NCBI GenBank assembly: GCA_965227775.1
Contig: OZ245777.1
Coordinates: forward strand, 1,984,001-2,048,000
Source: Phycisphaerales bacterium
GTDB lineage: Bacteria > Planctomycetota > Phycisphaerae > Phycisphaerales > UBA1924
Direction of reading: 5' to 3'
DNA: 64,000 bases
Position 1 is the first letter of the stretch. Each line of letters opens with the position of its first letter. The notes under the pieces are model-generated. The model worked only from the letters and a program-made list of their open reading frames with translations, was not told where the DNA came from and did not search any database. Made by a program: the position numbers and the translations under genes. Shown here piece after piece: positions 19,522 to 29,874 of the stretch.

Positions 19522-21276
19522 CTACACGGTCTGGTGGTCGGGCTGATCGGTCGAGTCCGACCCCGCACCATCGTCGTCGCCATCCTTCTTCTCGAGGGCC
19601 GAGCGGGTCTCTTCAAGGAGCCGCTCGACCTGGAAGGGCTTGAACAGCACGCACCGCAGACCCTCCTGCGAGGCGCGGACGATGCTGTGGCTCGGGTCGT
19701 AGCCGAAGCCCGTCATGAGAATGACCGGGACATCCGGCAGCGATCGACGGGCCGCCGAGAAGACCTCATAGCCGTTGCGATCGGGCATCTTGATGTCGCT
19801 GATGACCAGGTCGAACGTGCCGCCCTCGGCCGCAGCGGCGCGGACCTTCTCGATGGCGGCGGCGCCGTTGTCGCACACGTCGACGACCGCCCCGCGGTTG
19901 CGCAAGACGTCGGCGATGACGCGGCGGACGGCGGGCTCGTCGTCGGCGACCAGCACGCGGCGGCCTTCGATCAGCGGCTCGTGCTCGGCGGCGGCCATCG
20001 CTCGCTCGACACCCAGCAGGGCACGCGGACCCTCGGCCACGCGACGCATCCGGTCGCGGATCGAGTCGACGTCGCCGGCGATGCGGCCCAGGCGGGCGGC
20101 CAGCTCGGGGTCGGCTTCGGCCTTCTCACGCATCTGGTCGACGATGTCGGCGATGTCGTCCAGCGGCTCACGCAGCTCGCCCTGCATGCGGCCTGACACG
20201 GTCGCGTTGGTCTCGCAGCGTTCGACCAGGAGCAGGTCGAGCACACGGAGCGCCATCGCGAGGTGGCGGGCAAAGTGCTCGGCGAAGCGGCGGTCTTCCT
20301 CGTTGAAGGCGCCGGGCTTGAGAGCCTCAACGTCGAGCACGCCGATCACGCGGTCGTGCAGGCGGAGGGGCACAACCATCGCGCTGCTGGCGCCCTGCAG
20401 GCACGGCAGGAAGCGGGCGTCGTGGGCGGCGTCGTTGGAGACCTCGCTCACGCCCGTAGACGCGACGAAGCCGGCGATGCCGTTGCCCTGCCGCGATGGA
20501 TACAGATCGAGTTCGGCCGCCTGCGGGCTCAGGCCCTCGGAGATGACAAGCTCGAGTTTGCCGGTCTTCTCGTTGATCAGGCGAATGGCAAAGTGGTCGA
20601 AGTTCAGTAGCTTGTGGGCGGTCTCGATGATGCGATTTTCGAGCACGCTCAGGCGTTCCATCGCATTCTTGGATCGTACAAATTCGGGATCGATCGACAC
20701 CAGGTCTCGCCCGGCTTGCTCGATAGCCGTCATCTTGCGGTCGAGCCGGCGCGACTCGGACACGTCGCGGATGACGGCGACCATCCGCGTGTCGGCCACG
20801 CTGGCGCCCTCGCCCTGGGCCAGAGAGATGACCACCTCGTACCAGCTGTCGGACTCGTCGTCGCCGATCTCGACGTTGCGGGTCGTGCACCGGCCGCGCT
20901 GGTTGCGGCGGTCGACCAGCCACCCGTAGCTATCTCGGGCGGCGTTGCGAACGCGGTCGCCGACCTCTGGGTCGAGCATCCGGAAGAAGGCGTTGGCCCA
21001 CACGATGGAGCCATCGGGCCCCATCAGACAAACACCCTCGTTGACTGCGTCAAGGAGGGCATAGGCACGGTCCATCTCGCTGAATTCGGGGAGGATCTGG
21101 CCCTGGTGGATCACGACGACCCGGCCACCCTCGTCTCGGAGCTCGGCGGATTTCTGCCGGGCGTCGTCGGCGGAGCAATACTCCACACGAGCGATCTGCT
21201 CGTTGTGCTGGCCAAGCTCGGAAGCGGGAGCCTCCGAACTGCCGACAATCAGGATGGTGTACGCCGGATCACCCAT
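19522..21276 (-). CDS. Signalling protein: PAS-like, GAF and C-terminal receiver domains
   Basis: GVCLMGPDGSIVWAN (PAS), GIAGFVA..MVVPLRLHDRVIGVLDVE (GAF), VLVADDE..LVISDIKMPD..MTG..FKPF (REC); start 21276 (alternative 21396). Confidence 0.85.
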   Translation of the reverse strand: MGDPAYTILIVGSSEAPASELGQHNEQIARVEYCSADDARQKSAELRDEGGRVVVIHQGQILPEFSEMDRAYALLDAVNEGVCLMGPDGSIVWANAFFRMLDPEVGDRVRNAARDSYGWLVDRRNQRGRCTTRNVEIGDDESDSWYEVVISLAQGEGASVADTRMVAVIRDVSESRRLDRKMTAIEQAGRDLVSIDPEFVRSKNAMERLSVLENRIIETAHKLLNFDHFAIRLINEKTGKLELVISEGLSPQAAELDLYPSRQGNGIAGFVASTGVSEVSNDAAHDARFLPCLQGASSAMVVPLRLHDRVIGVLDVEALKPGAFNEEDRRFAEHFARHLAMALRVLDLLLVERCETNATVSGRMQGELREPLDDIADIVDQMREKAEADPELAARLGRIAGDVDSIRDRMRRVAEGPRALLGVERAMAAAEHEPLIEGRRVLVADDEPAVRRVIADVLRNRGAVVDVCDNGAAAIEKVRAAAAEGGTFDLVISDIKMPDRNGYEVFSAARRSLPDVPVILMTGFGYDPSHSIVRASQEGLRCVLFKPFQVERLLEETRSALEKKDGDDDGAGSDSTDQPDHQTV

Positions 21277-21499
21277 TGCCACCCTGCCCAAACACGCCCG
21301 TGAGGCAAACTGTAGCGGGTCGCGTGGCGAGGATTGCCCATGCAGCCCGCAACAGGCCTTCTTGAATCTCCCCACAAGATCGGCATTTGACGCCATCGTG
21401 TTTCATCCGAACGGATAAACCCACTCCCACGAAGAATCCATCCCGGCCGTCCCATCCGGCCAGTCCATCCAGAGTGCCCCGCCCGCCGATACTCGGACC

Positions 21500-22480
21500 A
21501 TGATCGAAGCCCGCAACCTCCAGAAGAGCTACGGCCGGGTGCACGCCCTGAGCGGCGTGAGCTTCGATGTGCCCCCGGGCCAGGTAACCGGGCTGCTGGG
21601 GGCCAATGGTGCGGGCAAGAGCACGACCATACGAATCATCACCGGATATACGGCTCCAGATGCCGGTTGGGTCCGTGTTAAGGGCATCCATGCTTCCCGA
21701 GACCCCATCAGGGTTCGCCAGCACGTGGGCTACCTGCCCGAGTCGGCCCCGACCTACGGCGAGATGCCCGTCGAGGCGTTGCTCCGCTTCCGTGCCTCCT
21801 TACATGGATTGCGTGGAAATGACCGTCGTCGCGCGGTCGACGAGGCGATCGACACCTGCGTGCTCCAATCGGTCCGCCGCCGACGCGTGGGCGGTCTGAG
21901 CAAGGGCTACAAGCAGCGGGTGGGGCTCGCAACAGCAATTCTGCACGATCCCGCCGTGCTCGTGCTCGATGAGCCGTCGAACGGCCTCGACCCGGAGCAG
22001 ATCACCGAGACCCGCTCGCTCATCCGCAGGTTGGCCGAGGGGCGCACGGTGCTGGTGAGCAGCCACATCCTGCCTGAGATCGAGCGGACGTGCGATCGCG
22101 TGGTCATCCTGGCCCACGGGCGGCCGTGTGCCGAAGGGCCGCTGGACGAGTTATTGGCCCAGGGCGATCACGAGCTGGCATGCGAAGCGGGCTTCGAAGA
22201 CCATCGAGCGGCCACCGCCGCCGCGCGCTCGGTCGAGGCGATCGAAGGCGTGACCTCCGTCGTCTCGCGCGAGCTCGATGGTGCCGCGGTCCGATGGCGC
22301 ATCGCGTTCGAGCCGGCCACCATTGCCGAGACCGACCTCCGCCGCCAGGTCGGCAAGATCCTCGCGAAGTCGAACGCCCAGGTGCGGCTGCTCGAGCGGC
22401 AGCGGGCTTCGCTCGAGTCGTTGTTCCTGAAGCTGATGGAGCAGGGGCCCGAAGCCGTCGAAGCCGGGAGCGCGGCATGA
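21500..22480 (+). CDS. ABC transporter ATP-binding protein (GldA-like)
   Basis: Walker A GANGAGKST, signature LSKGYKQR, Walker B VLVLDEP, SSHIL. Confidence 0.92.
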   Translation: MIEARNLQKSYGRVHALSGVSFDVPPGQVTGLLGANGAGKSTTIRIITGYTAPDAGWVRVKGIHASRDPIRVRQHVGYLPESAPTYGEMPVEALLRFRASLHGLRGNDRRRAVDEAIDTCVLQSVRRRRVGGLSKGYKQRVGLATAILHDPAVLVLDEPSNGLDPEQITETRSLIRRLAEGRTVLVSSHILPEIERTCDRVVILAHGRPCAEGPLDELLAQGDHELACEAGFEDHRAATAAARSVEAIEGVTSVVSRELDGAAVRWRIAFEPATIAETDLRRQVGKILAKSNAQVRLLERQRASLESLFLKLMEQGPEAVEAGSAA

Positions 22481-23220
22481 AGTCGGTTCGCGGCACACTT
22501 GGCGCAACGTGGTCCATCGCGTGGCGCGAATTCATGGCGCTGTTCCGCGTGCCAGTCGGGTGGCTGGTGCTCGCGTTGTACGCCGGGCTGTGGGGCGGGA
22601 TGTTCGTGCAGTTCGTGCTCGTCTCGGGCGCACCGGCGACCATGCGACCGCTGTTCGCGACGGCGGCGTGGCTGATGCTTCCTATCGCGCCGGCAATCTC
22701 GATGCGGCTGTTCAGCGACGAGTTGCGAACGGGGAGCTACGAGTTGCTAGCGACGTCGCCCGCTACGGACTTCTCTTTGGCGCTGGGCAAGTTTGTAGGC
22801 GCTGGCTTGTTCTTACTCGCGCTGCTGGGTAGCACACTCCCGCTGGTCGCGGTCCTGCTTGCGATGAGCGATCCGATGCCCGACGCCGGTCCGCTCTTTG
22901 CCGGTTACCTCAGCGTGACGCTGCTGGGGTTGCTGTTCCTCTCCGTGGGCCTCTTGGCATCAACGCTGACTGCTAGCCAGACGCTGAGCTTCCTCGGCGC
23001 GATGCTCGCGTTGTTCGTATGGCTTCTGGCAACGACCGCCGGTCGTTCGCGCGCGCCAGAGGCGATCGGAGACGCGCTGGCGCGGTTGGCGATCACCGAT
23101 CGGCTCGAGGGCTTTGCCAAGGGCGTGATCGATACTGGGGACGTGGCGTTCTTTGCGGTGCTGACGGGCTGGTTCGTACTCGCGGCCGCGATGTGCCTGA
23201 GCGTGCGGAGGTGGCTGTGA
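22477..23220 (+). CDS. ABC-2 type permease (GldF-like)
   Basis: IAWRE..F..PVGW, PAISMRLFSDELRTGSYELL, F.KGVIDTGD; ATGA overlap with upstream gene. Confidence 0.85.
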   Translation: MKSVRGTLGATWSIAWREFMALFRVPVGWLVLALYAGLWGGMFVQFVLVSGAPATMRPLFATAAWLMLPIAPAISMRLFSDELRTGSYELLATSPATDFSLALGKFVGAGLFLLALLGSTLPLVAVLLAMSDPMPDAGPLFAGYLSVTLLGLLFLSVGLLASTLTASQTLSFLGAMLALFVWLLATTAGRSRAPEAIGDALARLAITDRLEGFAKGVIDTGDVAFFAVLTGWFVLAAAMCLSVRRWL

Positions 23221-25367
23221 CCCGTACGCCAGCACGCCGGGGGCCATGGCGGCGACGCGTATCGGTCGCGTGGCTCGCGGTGACCTTCTTCGTGGCCAAT
23301 GGAGTCGCTGCCGCGTTTCTGATTGCGATCGCCGATCGCCACGCTGTCCGCCTCGATGTGACAGCAACAGGTGAGCACCGGCTTGCCCCGCAGACCGAGC
23401 GGCTGATCGACGCGGCGAGCGATGGTGCGGGCTACGAGCTGGTCGTCGCGGCCGATGTATCGCGTGTGGACCCGCGCGCCTGGCAGGCGCTACTCGACGT
23501 GGGCGAAGAGATGGAAGCCGCCGGGGGCTTCACCTTAACCGCACTCGAAGGCGAGAACGCTCGTCAGGGTGTCCAGTCGCTCGGGCAGCGGCTCGCGCAG
23601 CGTGAGGCCGAGCAGATCGAGGCACAGGCGCGAGCATTGCTGCGCGCAGCCGCGGACTTGCAGCGCGCTGCGGATGTTGTCGAACAGGCATTGGCACCGA
23701 GCCTTGGGTCCGCCGCGGAACAGGCGGCAAGCCAGGCCGAGACCGCCGGTTTGACTTCAGAAGTCCAGCAAACGCTCGAAAGCATCGCCTCGGTCATGGG
23801 GGCCCGCGCACAGACCGCGCCGCGATTGGCTGCCGATCTTCGCGGCGTCATCGAAGACGTCCAGACCCAGCTGCAGAGCGCGATCGTGCCGGGTGTCGAG
23901 GTGCCAGCGATCGATCGGGCCCGGCTCGCGTTGGCCGCGCCCGTGCGAGATGCCGCCGACCAGCTCGCGCTGCTGGCAAGTGAGGCCAGAGTGATTGCCA
24001 GCGATCCGGCGTACTCGCAGAGCCTGCGTCGAGCCGCGAGCGAAGTGGAGCAGGCAGCGGGCCCGGCACGAGACCTGTGCGCCGCTGCTGCCGAGTCAGC
24101 CGAGCGGCTTTCGACGCTCGACGTCGTGCGTGTGCTGCGGTCGGTGGGGGATGCTGCGGCAGCCGTGCTCGTTGGACCCAGTAGTGCGGTCGCGATCGAT
24201 GCGCCAACGCTGCTGCCCCCGCCGGGCGTGCTCCGCCCCGAAGCTGCGACGGCGCCGTCGCTGCGTGGTCGCGTGGAGGGCCTGGTCGCGACGGCCATGC
24301 TGACGGCCATCGATCCACGGCGACCGATCGTGGTCGTCGCGCACGCGGAGGACTCGCGGTTCATCGAGCGTCCTGGCGCACTCGGTGTCGCGATCGATCA
24401 CCTTCGCCGGCAGGGCATCGATGTGGTGGAGTGGCCGCTGCTGCTCGAGCCCGACGCCCCAGGGCTTGCGGGCCTCGACCCGACGCGCACGCGGCCGGTT
24501 ATCCACTTCGTGCTGAACACGAACACGAGCGTCCGGTCGCCCGACCCGCTCGCCGCTCGCCCAGACGAACGCGTAGCCGAACTCGGAGAACTGGTCCAGC
24601 GGCTCGTCGATGCGGGTGAGCCCGTGCTCGTCAACCTGACGCCGAGCGAGGTTGTAGTTGGGGGCGGCGTGGATGCGACCGCCGCGCCGCTGTCGGTGTT
24701 TGGCTTGAAGGCAGACTCGGGATTCGCGCTCATGAGCAAGCCGCCCCAGAGCGAGATCGTTGAACACGATGCGCTCGTGCGTGCCGAGGGAGGGGAACAT
24801 CCGTTGCCGAGTGCCGTCGCGGGGCTCCTTGCGTACGCACCCTGGGCCGTACCGGTGTCGCACGAGGGCGACGGACCCGCGTGGCCACTACTGGTCGTCG
24901 ACGATGGCTTCACCTGGGCAGAGTCGCGTTGGTCGGGGTATCGCCGCGTACCCCGTGCCGAGAGGCCGCGCGTCTCGAATCCGCCGCAGCGCGATGACGA
25001 CTCGGACGACACCGCCGGGCCATGGACGATCGCCTGGGCCGCTGAGCGTGAGGTTGGCGATGGCATTGGACGCGTTGTCGTCGTGGGGAGCAACGACTGG
25101 CTCGCCGACGAGATCGTGAGTGCCGGCCAGAGTGTCGATGGGCGCATGGTGGGCAGCTATCCGGCAAATCTCGCCTTGCTCGACGCGGCGGTGCTGTGGC
25201 TGTCGGGACGCGACGAGTTCATCGCGCCCACGGTGAGTTCATCGAGCGTCGCCACGATCGGGCCGATCGGTGACGGCGTGCTCACGGCGCTGCGGTGGGG
25301 GCTCGTGCTCGGCGTGCCCGCCGGCATCCTGCTACTTGGCGGCGGCTGGAGACTCCTTCGCCGCTGA
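23217..25367 (+). CDS. GldG-like ABC auxiliary membrane protein with large periplasmic region
   Basis: N-terminal TM, RLDVTATGEHRLAPQT, GRVVVVGSNDW, N.ALL..AVLWL, C-terminal TM plus RR; GTGA overlap. Confidence 0.75.
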   Translation: MTRTPARRGPWRRRVSVAWLAVTFFVANGVAAAFLIAIADRHAVRLDVTATGEHRLAPQTERLIDAASDGAGYELVVAADVSRVDPRAWQALLDVGEEMEAAGGFTLTALEGENARQGVQSLGQRLAQREAEQIEAQARALLRAAADLQRAADVVEQALAPSLGSAAEQAASQAETAGLTSEVQQTLESIASVMGARAQTAPRLAADLRGVIEDVQTQLQSAIVPGVEVPAIDRARLALAAPVRDAADQLALLASEARVIASDPAYSQSLRRAASEVEQAAGPARDLCAAAAESAERLSTLDVVRVLRSVGDAAAAVLVGPSSAVAIDAPTLLPPPGVLRPEAATAPSLRGRVEGLVATAMLTAIDPRRPIVVVAHAEDSRFIERPGALGVAIDHLRRQGIDVVEWPLLLEPDAPGLAGLDPTRTRPVIHFVLNTNTSVRSPDPLAARPDERVAELGELVQRLVDAGEPVLVNLTPSEVVVGGGVDATAAPLSVFGLKADSGFALMSKPPQSEIVEHDALVRAEGGEHPLPSAVAGLLAYAPWAVPVSHEGDGPAWPLLVVDDGFTWAESRWSGYRRVPRAERPRVSNPPQRDDDSDDTAGPWTIAWAAEREVGDGIGRVVVVGSNDWLADEIVSAGQSVDGRMVGSYPANLALLDAAVLWLSGRDEFIAPTVSSSSVATIGPIGDGVLTALRWGLVLGVPAGILLLGGGWRLLRR

Positions 25368-25844
25368 GTTCTGACGACCAAGGCTCGAGTGATCGAGGAG
25401 GTCGGCCATGTCGCGCGGCTTGCGCGCCGACGCTGTGGGGATCGGAGCATGCACGAGCGAAGCCGACCGAGCCTCGGCGGCTGCGGCGGTGTCCTCGTCG
25501 ATCGACGTTCCACATTCGGGGCACACCTCGGCAAAGCCCGGCACGCCAGTGAGGTCGTAATGGCACTTGTGGCAGCACCAGGGCTTGCGAGCGTGTGGAA
25601 TGCACGTGATGAAGTAGCCCACCAGCCCGACGAGGCCGAGATAGCTCCACAGAAGCGTCTGCAGCACGGGCAGGTAGATCTCGTAATTCGTCCATGCGTT
25701 GAGCAGCACGTGGAACTGAATGACACCGAGCACTCCGAGCAGACCGCCGGTGACCCAGGCGAAACCCCGCCAGTTGTATCGCCAGCGGACGGCGCCATAC
25801 CAGACCGCGACAGCATAGAAGACGAACAAGAGCACGTTCGACAA
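25332..25844 (-). CDS. 3-TM membrane protein with C-terminal zinc ribbon
   Basis: Hydrophobic helices, then CHKCHYDLTGVPGFAEVCPECG; start uncertain. Confidence 0.75.
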   Translation of the reverse strand: MSNVLLFVFYAVAVWYGAVRWRYNWRGFAWVTGGLLGVLGVIQFHVLLNAWTNYEIYLPVLQTLLWSYLGLVGLVGYFITCIPHARKPWCCHKCHYDLTGVPGFAEVCPECGTSIDEDTAAAAEARSASLVHAPIPTASARKPRDMADLLDHSSLGRQNSAAKESPAAAK

Positions 25845-25904
25845 TGATAAACAACGAGACGCCGTGCCCCGCGCGATGGAGCGCGGCTTAGGGAAGGCCA
25901 GCGG

Positions 25905-26897
25905 TCAGGATGGGGTGCTCAGGCGGGTCCGACGCCGCAACCGACGGGCGATAAGTGCCAGGCACGCCAAACCGAGCGGCACGGCGACCAGGACCTCTAC
26001 CACGCGGTTCAGCACGTCGGCGGTGAGGCCATCCGACAACGCGGCGTCTCCGCCACCCAGCATCGCGGCGGGCAGGCCGGCGGCGAGCGCCCCGATGAGC
26101 CACTCACGCAGGCCGAGCCCGTTGCCGGCGAATGGCACGAGCATGGCGATCTGGCTGGCGACGGCGAGCACGAGCGCGGCCGATAGGTCGACAGGCGTCC
26201 CGACGATCTCGAACGCCAGGGCGTATCGGCCTGCCCAGATCGCCATGTCGATGACTCGCAGCGCCCCCGAAGCGAGGTAGCGGGCGGTGACGGGCTTGGA
26301 GTGCCAGAATGCGGCCGCGCAGATGCCGCCAACGGCCGTTGGTCCGCCCACGAGCACGAGCCACGCGACCAGCGGCGTGAACCCGCGGAGGAGCAGCGCC
26401 CCCAGCAGCATGATGCCGCTTGCGACCGCCGTGATCACGGCGCCCTCCAGCAGGGTCTGCCCGGTCTTGCGGACGGGGATGCCGTTGACTGCCTTGTGGT
26501 ACGCGACTCGGCCGACCATGCCCGGGCGCATCGGCAGGTAGTTGAGCAGCCACGCCATGCCAACGAGCCCGCACGTCTCGCCCATGCCGAGCTTGCCGAA
26601 GCGGGAGAGCAAGAACCAGATCGACGCGGAGATGCTCAGCCAGTTCAGGAGCGGCAGCGCGATGAACAGAACCACGAACCACCACGGATGGTCGCGCAGC
26701 GCCTCAAGTGAACGCTGCATGGCCTGTGGGTCCTGGCTCAAGGCCGCGACGATCGCGAGCACCACCAGCGCGGTGCCAGCGATGAATCCCGCCAAGCGGA
26801 ACCATCGCGTTTGACGCCAACGGTTTGCCTTGGTCGCCAGCGTTCGTATGCGGCCGGCGGCCGTGCGTGGCTCTCGCTGGCCGGGCCGGCGGATCAT
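25905..26897 (-). CDS. Lysylphosphatidylglycerol-synthase TM domain (flippase-like, UPF0104) protein
   Basis: LLNYLPMRPGMVGR and LVPFAGNGLGLRE motifs, about 8 TM helices. Confidence 0.75.
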   Translation of the reverse strand: MIRRPGQREPRTAAGRIRTLATKANRWRQTRWFRLAGFIAGTALVVLAIVAALSQDPQAMQRSLEALRDHPWWFVVLFIALPLLNWLSISASIWFLLSRFGKLGMGETCGLVGMAWLLNYLPMRPGMVGRVAYHKAVNGIPVRKTGQTLLEGAVITAVASGIMLLGALLLRGFTPLVAWLVLVGGPTAVGGICAAAFWHSKPVTARYLASGALRVIDMAIWAGRYALAFEIVGTPVDLSAALVLAVASQIAMLVPFAGNGLGLREWLIGALAAGLPAAMLGGGDAALSDGLTADVLNRVVEVLVAVPLGLACLALIARRLRRRTRLSTPS

Positions 26898-29470
26898 GGG
26901 GTCGAAGAAGGCGCTGCCGATGGGGTCGACGGGCCTGCTGATTGACCGGCCTGGGGTGGCCCGAAGCCCTGATAGTTGGCATAGCTCCGCGAGCCCGCCC
27001 GCAGCCTTTCTTGCAGCAGCGTCGCGAGTTGCCGGAGCCGCTCGTCTTCGCTCTCAAGAGCACGAGCGAAAGCGGGGTCCTCCGGATCGGTCGCACGCGT
27101 GAGCAACGCGGTCGCCTGACCGATGGGGCCCTGGGCGTTGTCGAGCGCGATGCGGTCGAACGGCGCTGTGGCGCGCGCGATCCTGGCGTTGGGAAGGCCG
27201 ACCATCATGGCCACTTGCACAAGCTCTGAAGACCCGGTCAGCCGCTCCCCGGCGGCCGCCATCACGGGGACGAATGGCTCGGCGGGCCGGCCGTCCGGGG
27301 GCGTGCCCGGCCCGATGAGCGAGCTCTTGAGTGCGGTGACCAGCGTTGGGATCACGGCCGGGTCGTCGGCGAGCAGCCGCGTAATCACACGCTGGCCGTC
27401 GAAGTTCATCTCGGGGAGCGGGCGGCGCACGAGCAGGCCTGTTTCGGCCGTCAAGCACATGGGCCCGGGCTGATAGCTCGCGCCGCGGAGGTAGCGGAAT
27501 CCTTGGATCGCGCGCCAACGCGTGCGTGTCGTCCGCTGGCCGGCGGCCTCGAGGAACCACCCGGCAAGCCCGCCGCCGGCCCACACGTCGATCACCAGGC
27601 GCTCGCGCGGCATGAGCCGCAGCCGGGTGTCGACGCTGCTGACTTCGGGAATCGCCACTGGTGTCAGACGATCGAGATCGGCGTCGAGCACCGGCGAGAG
27701 CAGGATGCGGCTGTTGATGGGCGCGCCGGGGCCCACCGCAAGGGGGATCGGCGAGTTGTTGCGCAGGACGAGCCGCAAACGCGTGATGTCGGTCACGTGC
27801 TCGCTGGACTCGCCGGCGTCGATCGTCAACTCCATGAAGTTCTCGGGCTTTTCGACCATGCGGTCGAGCCACGCCGGAATCGCGCGGGCCGCCGCGGAGA
27901 CGGCTTCGGCGTCGGGGTATGGCGAGGCAAAGCCCAGCTTGAGCAGCTGATGGTGAGCCCATGCGCCCCACGTCGATGCCGGGTCGGCACGGACCAGCGA
28001 GCGAAGGAGCGGGACGGCGTCGAGCACCCGCTCGTGCACGATGAGCGCGTGGGCGTAGGCCATGGGCGCCATCGGAATGCCCTGTTCGTCCATGCGTTGC
28101 TTGAGGTCTGCCAGGTGGGCGTCTGCCTCTGGCGTGCCAACGGCATCGATTGCGTCGAGCAGCACCACGACGAGTTGGAGCTGTTCGCGGGCGGGCTCGA
28201 TGATGTCCAGGTCGACTTCGCCCAGGATTGTCTCGTCGGCGATGGCGCGGTCCATCGCCGCGTTTGCCTCCCGCATGTCGGCGCGTACGAGCTCGGTTTG
28301 CACGCCGGCCAGCGCCATTGCCAGGGCCGTTTCAGCACGCACTTGCGTGGCAAGCAGCGCCACCTTTCGCGCTTCGGTCCGGTCACCCTGCGTGGCCAGC
28401 AGCATCTGCTGAAGCCGCTGCGCTGTGGAGCCCCGGAGGTCTTCGGATGCGCGGCTTGCGCCCGTCGGGTCGCCGCCTGCTTCCGCCAGCAGCATGCGCA
28501 GGAGGGCCGCGTCGGGCGGCGGCAGGATGTCTCCGGGTTGCTGCATTCCCTGGAGATCTTCGCCGCGCTCACGCATCATGCGGAGCATGCGCGACAGGCG
28601 AGCACGCTCCTGCAGGATCGGGAGCTCGAGTTCGTCCGCCAAGCCCTCTGGCCCATACGTCAACCAGCGAAGTTGCACCCGACGCAGGGCATCGGCTGGC
28701 TGGGGCTGGCGGCCGGCGACGATCATCAAGCCCTGCTGGTGATCGTGGAAGCGGATTGCCTGCTCGAACGCGCCGTTGCGCGCGAGGAAGTCCGAGAGCT
28801 GCGCGTGCACCTGGGGATCGACCGGGTCGCTCAGCAGCAGGTTGGCGAGCATCTCGACGCGACCGACCGAGCCGCCGCCGGCCAGGTCGTAGTAGGCCAG
28901 TGCGAGCGCGGCGGCCTCCTTGTTCGTCGAGTCGAGCTCGGTCGCGGTCGCGAGCAGGTCGACGAAGCGACCCTCGTTGCCCGTCTCGCGCGCGAGCAGA
29001 GCGGCGTCGAGTGCCAGCCGGCTGCGCACGGCGGGCGAAACCCGCTCAGCCCGGAGCAGTCGCTCGTAGGCGCTCAGGCGTTCTTCGATGGTCTGGATGT
29101 CTTCGATGCCCGCCGCGACCACTCGCAGCAAGGCCACGTCATCTGCAGGATCGAGGCGAATGAGCTCGCGCGTGAGCTCGAGCGCGCGATCGTCCAGGCC
29201 GGCCGACCAAGCGGCCTCGATCTGTCGCCGAAGCAGGATTGGCTCGCTCGGTGCGTATGTGCGGGCCAGGTCGAGTCCGAGCATGGCGATGCGGTAGTCG
29301 TCCGCGGTAGGGCTGCCCTGCATGCGCAGGTCGAGCAGCGCGATGCGTGAGAGGCCGTACGCGGCATAGTCCTCCAGCGGCTCGGGCGACGGCTGGGCGA
29401 CGGCGCGCGGCGCGAGCAAGGCCGCCAGGCCGAGAGAGAGACAGACTGCCAGCCGGAACGATCGCGTCAC
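26894..29470 (-). CDS. Large exported helical-repeat (TPR-like) hypothetical protein
   Basis: GGAGG plus GTG at 29470, signal peptide (LAPRAVA-QP), TPR-like helices (LIRLDPAD, LLLSDPVD). Confidence 0.7.
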   Translation of the reverse strand: MTRSFRLAVCLSLGLAALLAPRAVAQPSPEPLEDYAAYGLSRIALLDLRMQGSPTADDYRIAMLGLDLARTYAPSEPILLRRQIEAAWSAGLDDRALELTRELIRLDPADDVALLRVVAAGIEDIQTIEERLSAYERLLRAERVSPAVRSRLALDAALLARETGNEGRFVDLLATATELDSTNKEAAALALAYYDLAGGGSVGRVEMLANLLLSDPVDPQVHAQLSDFLARNGAFEQAIRFHDHQQGLMIVAGRQPQPADALRRVQLRWLTYGPEGLADELELPILQERARLSRMLRMMRERGEDLQGMQQPGDILPPPDAALLRMLLAEAGGDPTGASRASEDLRGSTAQRLQQMLLATQGDRTEARKVALLATQVRAETALAMALAGVQTELVRADMREANAAMDRAIADETILGEVDLDIIEPAREQLQLVVVLLDAIDAVGTPEADAHLADLKQRMDEQGIPMAPMAYAHALIVHERVLDAVPLLRSLVRADPASTWGAWAHHQLLKLGFASPYPDAEAVSAAARAIPAWLDRMVEKPENFMELTIDAGESSEHVTDITRLRLVLRNNSPIPLAVGPGAPINSRILLSPVLDADLDRLTPVAIPEVSSVDTRLRLMPRERLVIDVWAGGGLAGWFLEAAGQRTTRTRWRAIQGFRYLRGASYQPGPMCLTAETGLLVRRPLPEMNFDGQRVITRLLADDPAVIPTLVTALKSSLIGPGTPPDGRPAEPFVPVMAAAGERLTGSSELVQVAMMVGLPNARIARATAPFDRIALDNAQGPIGQATALLTRATDPEDPAFARALESEDERLRQLATLLQERLRAGSRSYANYQGFGPPQAGQSAGPSTPSAAPSSTP

Positions 29471-29505
29471 GAACCACCTCCAACCCGAGGGCTCGCGGGC
29501 ATGGC

Positions 29506-29856
29506 TCAGGACAGGAGTGCCCAGGCCGTGGCCACGAACCCGATGCAGAACAGGGCGACGAGGGCGACCTCGCAGGCCCAACCCAGCGCCCGGGCCGCCC
29601 TGGGGAAGACCCGGTCGGCCACGAGGAACATGAAGACGAAGGTCCCCATGGCGATGGCCGTCCAGCCCCCGAGGGTGGCCGCTTCCGAGAACATCGGCCA
29701 TCTGGGCCCTGCGCTGAACACCAGCCAGAGCCCAGCGACCACCAGAGCCCCGGCCCACGGCGTGGCGACCAGGGCCAGCGCGGCGGTGCTCAGTCGCCTG
29801 GAGAGCAGTACGGGGTGGGGCGAGTGGGGTTCGGGCATGGACGGGCCCTTGGGCAT
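29506..29856 (-). CDS. Small membrane protein (3 TM)
   Basis: Hydrophobic ORF directly downstream of rho; VADRVFP loop. Confidence 0.65.
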   Translation of the reverse strand: MPKGPSMPEPHSPHPVLLSRRLSTAALALVATPWAGALVVAGLWLVFSAGPRWPMFSEAATLGGWTAIAMGTFVFMFLVADRVFPRAARALGWACEVALVALFCIGFVATAWALLS

Positions 29857-29874
29857 CGCCGGACGGTACGGCGA

